Part shown: piece after piece, positions 39,468-44,234 of the stretch
Layout: each line of letters starts with the position of its first letter
How positions within the stretch are numbered: position 1 is the stretch's first letter
NCBI GenBank assembly: GCA_964553605.1
Contig: CAZKKR010000001.1
Span: 14,956-59,189 of the forward strand
DNA from: an uncultured Muribaculaceae bacterium
GTDB taxonomy: Bacteria > Bacillota_I > Bacilli_A > RF39 > UBA660
DNA: 44,234 nt
Direction of reading: 5' to 3'
Notes under the pieces: generated by a model
Database searches by the model: none
What the model was told of the DNA's origin: nothing
The model's input: only the letters and a program-made list of their open reading frames with translations
Position numbers and translations under genes: made by a program

Positions 39468-40067
39468 ATGGATAATGAAATGAGAAGAGAAGACGGGGTA
39501 AATATTGAAAAAGAAATAAAAATAGGAGAGCACATCGCTGTACCACTATCACAAATAGGAATGTTTCTTATAACAGATGAGTATGCGGAGCAAAAAAAAC
39601 AGCAAGGATTATTTCCATATGAAACATTCGTTGCCTCACCAAAAGAAAATATGGAAGATCATCTTTTAATATTACAGTATCTAGGAAATTCACAGTTCTT
39701 AGAACTTATCTCTGGTCATACAGTAACCGATAGTTATAGTGAGTATACCGAAAATGAAAACAATCCAGCAAACAATATACAAGATATGCAAAGCTTCCAA
39801 AAGGCCGTAGAGTATATAAATGAAAATCCTTTAGGACTTCGTAATCTAGATGAAAAAGCCATACCATTAACGGAAGATGTAAAAAAACAATATAGAGAAG
39901 ACACTTTAAAAAATCAAGATTACATAATAGAAACTTTATCAAATTTAGAAAAAGAAGCTAAAAAAGAAAATGAAACAAGATTAACCCAAATTGCTAACAT
40001 CTCACAAAATGATGCTGAAATGGAAGATGTTGATCGTTTTATTGAAAATCATAGCCGTAAAATGTAA
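39468..40067 (+). CDS. acidic hypothetical protein
   Basis: Own TGATATAAT promoter, GGAGG RBS, own terminator; ends ENHSRKM. Confidence 0.85.
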   Translation: MDNEMRREDGVNIEKEIKIGEHIAVPLSQIGMFLITDEYAEQKKQQGLFPYETFVASPKENMEDHLLILQYLGNSQFLELISGHTVTDSYSEYTENENNPANNIQDMQSFQKAVEYINENPLGLRNLDEKAIPLTEDVKKQYREDTLKNQDYIIETLSNLEKEAKKENETRLTQIANISQNDAEMEDVDRFIENHSRKM

Positions 40068-40090
40068 AAAGTCACGCTTAGCGTGACTTA
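40067..40090. terminator. bidirectional hairpin terminator
   Basis: AAGTCACGC-TTA-GCGTGACTT between convergent genes. Confidence 0.8.
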
Positions 40091-40091
40091 T

Positions 40092-41030
40092 TTATTTATT
40101 TATCTTATTACTTTCATAAAATAGTGGATATATTTCGTATCCATTTTCTTTTAAATAATTTATTGCATCAGGTAAAATAGCAGTGGTATATTTGCTGTAA
40201 TCGTGGAATAATATTACCTCTATATTATCATTTATAGTAGATTTGAAATTAGCAAAAGCTTGTTCATTGGATGCAAGTCCACCACCATCACCGTCGCCAG
40301 CGCTCCAATCAACCCAGCCATATCCACGGGCTTTTAATTTAGAAATGATTTCATTTTTAAACCCTCTAGCAGATGCACTACCACCAGGAAAACGTACTAT
40401 ATTAGTTAAATAACCACCAGTTTGATTTTTAATATGTTCTTCTTGTTTTATAATCGCATCCATAAATGAATCAGAACTATTATATAAACCTTTAAAAATC
40501 GCGTGAGTGTATGTGTGATTAGCGATAGTATGACCTCTTTTAACATACTCTTTATATAATTTAAAACAGTCAGCTTCTTTATTATCATAACAGTATTGTC
40601 CATTAGCGGAAATAGTAAAGAAAGTAGCTTTAACATCATATTTATCTAATATATCAAGTACCTTATAAGTATTAAAATAAGGACCATCATCAAAAGTCAT
40701 ATAAGCTATTTTTTTGTTGCTTTGACCATTAATAATTTTATCTTCTAAATCTTTAATAGCTTTAAAATAATCACTTTTAATTTTATTAATACTATTATCA
40801 ATATCTTTATAAGAATTTATCTTTTCATCTAATGAAGATAATTTTATAGATAAATCGCTAGCAGATTTTTCTTTATTTTTAATCTCAATTTTTAAATCAT
40901 CGTATATTTTTTTATTAATTTTTGCCTCTTTATCAAAATAGTAATATAATCCCAAACAAATTAATATAAGAAAAAGAAATATAAAAATAAAAACTATTGA
41001 TTTTTTAATTTTTCTGCTTCTTTTTGCCAT
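40092..41030 (-). CDS. membrane-anchored polysaccharide deacetylase (CE4/NodB)
   Basis: TM plus coiled coil, then TFDDGP, ATFF, NHTYTH, RFPGG, DW and ILFHD motifs. Confidence 0.93.
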   Translation of the reverse strand: MAKRSRKIKKSIVFIFIFLFLILICLGLYYYFDKEAKINKKIYDDLKIEIKNKEKSASDLSIKLSSLDEKINSYKDIDNSINKIKSDYFKAIKDLEDKIINGQSNKKIAYMTFDDGPYFNTYKVLDILDKYDVKATFFTISANGQYCYDNKEADCFKLYKEYVKRGHTIANHTYTHAIFKGLYNSSDSFMDAIIKQEEHIKNQTGGYLTNIVRFPGGSASARGFKNEIISKLKARGYGWVDWSAGDGDGGGLASNEQAFANFKSTINDNIEVILFHDYSKYTTAILPDAINYLKENGYEIYPLFYESNKINK

Positions 41031-41260
41031 ACTTTTAATAAGTCAGTTTTTTCCTTATTACTTTCTTCTAATTTTTTAATTTCCTCTTCTTTTTCTTTTA
41101 TTTGGTCATTAAGTTTTTTAATTTTAGAATCAAGGATTTCTAATTTTTGCTTACTATCACTAACATCAGTATATTTTAAATTTCTATTATAACTAGAGTA
41201 AGTTAAATAAATACAAAAACACAATAAAACAAAAGTTAAAACTAATAATACCCGCTTCAT
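40994..41260 (-). CDS. small TM + coiled-coil protein
   Basis: ATG 41260 with GAGGAG RBS; promoter TTGACT-N17-TAAAAT (41305-41277); overlaps the deacetylase start. Confidence 0.8.
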   Translation of the reverse strand: MKRVLLVLTFVLLCFCIYLTYSSYNRNLKYTDVSDSKQKLEILDSKIKKLNDQIKEKEEEIKKLEESNKEKTDLLKVWQKEAEKLKNQ

Positions 41261-41340
41261 ACTCCTCACCACCTACATTTTAGTATATAGACCATTTTTA
41301 GTCAATAAAAAATGTGCTAAAATAATAGTAGTGATGGAAT

Positions 41341-42063
41341 ATGGAAAAAATAGAAAAATTAAAACAAATAATTGATGAATCAAATAATATTGTAGTCTTT
41401 ACTGGAGCCGGAGTATCAACAGATAGTGGCCTTAAAGATTTTAGAAGCAAAGACGGATTATATAATAAAAGCTTAGTCGCAGAATATATGCTAAGTGATG
41501 TGTGTTTTTATGATGAAACAGAAGAGTTTTATAAATATTATAAAGAAAACTTTAACTGCTTAAATATAAAACCAAATGATACCCATAAATTTATAAAAAA
41601 ACTAGAAGATATAGGTAAATTAAAAACTGTAATTACTCAAAATATTGATGGACTTCATACTAAAGCAGGTAGTAAAAATGTCTATGAAATACACGGGACC
41701 ATATATAAAAATCACTGTCTTAAATGCCATAAAGAATATGGACCAGAAAAAGTATTTAATGAAAAAAATATCCCAATTTGTGATTGTGGTGGTCTAATAA
41801 AACCAGATGTTGTTTTATATGGTGAAAGCTTGCCAGAAAAAGAATATCAAGAAAGTATAAAAGCCATTACTAAGTCAGATTTATTATTAGTCCTAGGAAC
41901 ATCCCTAACCGTTTTTCCAGCAAACAGTATGATAGATTATTTTAATGGTAAATACTTAGTAATAATCAATAACGATAAAACCCCATATGATAGTAGAGCT
42001 TACCTAGTTATTAATGATAATTTAGCAAAAATATCTAAAACATTAATGGAGAAAATAAAATGA
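41341..42063 (+). CDS. cobB: NAD-dependent protein deacylase (Sir2/CobB)
   Basis: TGAGVST.SG..DFRS, TQNIDGLH, EIHG, Zn ribbon, KPDVVLYGE and GTSL.V.PA motifs. Confidence 0.95.
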   Translation: MEKIEKLKQIIDESNNIVVFTGAGVSTDSGLKDFRSKDGLYNKSLVAEYMLSDVCFYDETEEFYKYYKENFNCLNIKPNDTHKFIKKLEDIGKLKTVITQNIDGLHTKAGSKNVYEIHGTIYKNHCLKCHKEYGPEKVFNEKNIPICDCGGLIKPDVVLYGESLPEKEYQESIKAITKSDLLLVLGTSLTVFPANSMIDYFNGKYLVIINNDKTPYDSRAYLVINDNLAKISKTLMEKIK

Positions 42064-42707
42064 AAGAAAAAATAAAAGAAATAAAAAGGGAAATAGGTAA
42101 TAATATTACCTTAGTAGCCGTATCAAAAACAAGAAGTAATGAAGAAATATTAAAAGCTTATAATCTAGGTATTAAAGACTTTGGTGAAAACTATGTAAAA
42201 GAATTAATAACTAAAATGGATAGTCTTCCCAAAGATATCAAATGGCACATGATAGGACATCTACAAACAAACAAAGTAAAAGAACTTATTAAAAGAAATA
42301 TATATTTAATAGAATCAGTAGACTCTATTAAATTAGCTAAAGAAATCAATAAAGAAGCTATCAAAAATAATAAAATAATAAACATATTAATAGAAGTTAA
42401 TATAGCAAATGATCCAAATAAAACCGGAATTAAAAAAGAAGAATTAGAAACCATAATAAAAGAAATAAAAAACCTTTCAAACATTAATTTAAAAGGATTA
42501 ATGGCCATAGCCCCTAATACAAATAATACAAAAATAATAAAAAAATCATTTAAAGAAATGAAATAGTTAAAAAATAAATATAATCTACAACTACTATCAA
42601 TGGGCATGAGTAATGATTATAAAATAGCCCTAGAAGAAGGAACCAATATAATAAGAATAGGTACTAAAATATTTGGGGAAAGAAAGTATAAGAATAATAT
42701 GTTATAA
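42060..42707 (+). pseudogene. yggS: YggS/PLPBP homologue interrupted by in-frame TAG at 42564-42566
   Basis: LVAVSKT, FGENY, WHMIGHLQTNK and GLM motifs. The same frame resumes after the TAG with [14 protein letters not shown]....RIGT.IFGER to TAA at 42707. Confidence 0.85.
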
Positions 42708-42727
42708 TTAAATAGAGGTGTATCTTT

Positions 42728-43042
42728 ATGAAAGAATTACAAGAAAAGATTGAAAAATTTAATGAAGAAAGAGATTGGGATCAATTTCATTCTCCAGTTA
42801 ATTTAGCAAAGAGTATTTGTATCGAAGCCGGGGAATTATTAGAATGTTTTCAATGGAACGATAATTATGATTTAGAAGAAGTAAAAGAAGAACTTGCCGA
42901 CGTATTAAATTATTGTATTCAAATGGCAAATAAATTAGGGGTAGATCCTAAACAAATAGTTTTAGATAAAATGGAGAAAACCGCACAAAAGTATCCCGTT
43001 GAAAAAGCAAAAGGAAAAAGCACAAAATATAATAAGTTATAG
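42728..43042 (+). CDS. MazG-like nucleotide pyrophosphohydrolase
   Basis: ERDWDQFHSP.NLAKSI.IEAGELLE.FQW, EELADV and KYP motifs. Confidence 0.93.
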   Translation: MKELQEKIEKFNEERDWDQFHSPVNLAKSICIEAGELLECFQWNDNYDLEEVKEELADVLNYCIQMANKLGVDPKQIVLDKMEKTAQKYPVEKAKGKSTKYNKL

Positions 43043-43050
43043 GAGTTAAT

Positions 43051-43665
43051 ATGAAAAAAGCAATTGATAATCTTATAAAATATCTTAGTAGTAAATACAA
43101 ATCTTTTGAAATGGAAAATATATATAATCATAAAAATGTTAGAAGGTATACAAAACCTACAATGGCTGGTTATGTTGAAAATGCAATTGCTCTTTTAATT
43201 GATGATATACTTTCTGAAAGAAAATTGCATTTTTTAATTGATTCACAAATATCTGTTGGTGAAAGACAACCTGTTAGACCTGATATTCTTATTTATGATG
43301 ATAATAATATTATACATTGTATTGTAGAAGTAAAATCCCAATTAGGATATTCAGGTGGATTTAAAAAAGATGCTTATTACGATAAAATTAAGAAGATAAA
43401 AAAAGCTGCTAAAGATGGTGTTTTAAAGTTAAAAAAAGAAAAAATAGAATTTACAGTTTCAAATAACTGTTGCGATTTAGTTGTAATCCTAATGAATGCA
43501 AATAGCCATGGTAATGCTGGTAAATTTAAAGACGTTAACAGTTTTGTTTTGTTTTCGTCTAATAAAAACGATTTATGGTATGATAGTCTCTCAATTAATA
43601 AGTTGAATATGAAAGAAAATGGTTTTTATGATTTTTGTGAATTTATTAAAAAAATAGGTGATTAA
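43051..43665 (+). CDS. putative PD-(D/E)XK nuclease
   Basis: Helical E (YVEN), RPDILI and IVEVK motifs. Confidence 0.65.
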   Translation: MKKAIDNLIKYLSSKYKSFEMENIYNHKNVRRYTKPTMAGYVENAIALLIDDILSERKLHFLIDSQISVGERQPVRPDILIYDDNNIIHCIVEVKSQLGYSGGFKKDAYYDKIKKIKKAAKDGVLKLKKEKIEFTVSNNCCDLVVILMNANSHGNAGKFKDVNSFVLFSSNKNDLWYDSLSINKLNMKENGFYDFCEFIKKIGD

Positions 43666-43666
43666 T

Positions 43667-44234
43667 ATGTTAGTGTATGAAGGAATTAAATCAGGTTTTA
43701 TTGATGATGTTAATTTAAATAGAATTGTTGATAAAATATATAATAAATATAAACAATATTTTGGAAGGACAAGTGAATCTCAATTAAATTCTTGGAAGAA
43801 CTCTATGCAATATATGAGAGGGGTATTAGATGATAAAGAAATCCCAGATAATGCTGGTGTAGCAATTGAATTTAATATTCCAACAACTTCCAAAAGAATA
43901 GATTTTATATTATCTGGTAGAGATAAAAATAAAAAAGAATCCATTATTATAATAGAATTAAAACAATGGGAAACATGTACTGCAGTAGAAGGTAAAGATG
44001 CTATAGTATCTACTTTTACTGGTGGGGGAATTAGAGAAGTGGCACATCCATCTTATCAAGCAATGAGTTATGCAAATCTAATTAAAGATTTTAATGAAAC
44101 AGTTCAGTTAGATGATATAGGATTATATCCTTGTGCATTTTTACATAATTATGATTTAAGAGATGATGATCCTATCTGTAGTAGTCAATATCAAGAATAT
44201 ATAAACGAAGCTCCTATGTTTGGAACTAATGATT
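43667..44234 (+). CDS. DUF2075-family nuclease-helicase, N-terminal part (3'-truncated; not in ORF track)
   Basis: Open from ATG 43667 (AGGTGA RBS) to the window end: SW.NS..YM..VL, IEFNIP.TSKRIDFI..G, IIELKQW, HPSYQA.SY and PCAFLHNY. The helicase domain lies outside the window. Confidence 0.85.
   Translation, partial: MLVYEGIKSGFIDDVNLNRIVDKIYNKYKQYFGRTSESQLNSWKNSMQYMRGVLDDKEIPDNAGVAIEFNIPTTSKRIDFILSGRDKNKKESIIIIELKQWETCTAVEGKDAIVSTFTGGGIREVAHPSYQAMSYANLIKDFNETVQLDDIGLYPCAFLHNYDLRDDDPICSSQYQEYINEAPMFGTND

Noticed and set aside
41341-42063. Sir2 gene as part of the adjacent defence cassette
   Set aside because: It is a canonical CobB-type deacylase with a Zn ribbon and native codon usage, coupled to yggS.
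42564-42566. Genome-wide TAG (or TGA) stop-codon reassignment
   Set aside because: TAG and TGA end many full-length conserved genes here (mfd, tilS, spoIID, mbl; pth, parB, spoIIID). Only one internal TAG was found.
1599-43131. Many short ORFs in the supplied track lying antisense to or out of frame within real genes (e.g. 1599..1859, 6309..6800, 15765..16229, 23717..24346, 25517..26089, 30117..30890, 40448..40639)
   Set aside because: They are shadows of well-supported genes, rich in F/S/L/I as expected from reverse-complementing A-rich codons, and lack RBS or motifs.

Overview
Low-GC chromosomal backbone of a Bacillota organism using the standard genetic code (TGA and TAG both end bona fide genes). 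Gene content and style suggest a reduced-genome, sporulation-gene-carrying Bacilli lineage such as RF39/UBA660; this is inference. Most of the window is housekeeping synteny recognisable from Bacillus but compressed: pth-mfd-(CBS-PPase)-spoVT; T-box-metG-tatD-yabE-rsmA; ung-tilS-ftsH; parA-parB-mscS-DUF951-abgT-ychF; S6:S18 leader-rpsF-ssb-rpsR; rpiB-ywzB-spoIID-spoIIQ-spoIIID-mbl; M18 peptidase, tagO, yetF, Nudix, thermonuclease, typA, polysaccharide deacetylase, cobB, and yggS (broken by an in-frame TAG). About eight unrelated orphan genes without signal peptides sit between these blocks. Most end in a similar short basic tail (ENKGKSK, ENHSRKM, SNHGKVLRR, SRGKVLTKRFK, DEKTKRI, AISKSR). Their cargo includes a six-repeat helicase-associated array, an ADP-ribosyltransferase-like H/STS/E protein and an HExxH peptidase. 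My lead hypothesis is a dispersed effector repertoire marked by a C-terminal export signal. The window ends in a compositionally foreign MazG-like + PD-(D/E)XK nuclease + DUF2075 cassette, a candidate defence system. No tRNA, rRNA, CRISPR array, transposase or integrase was seen. All family assignments come from motif recognition by eye, not database searches.
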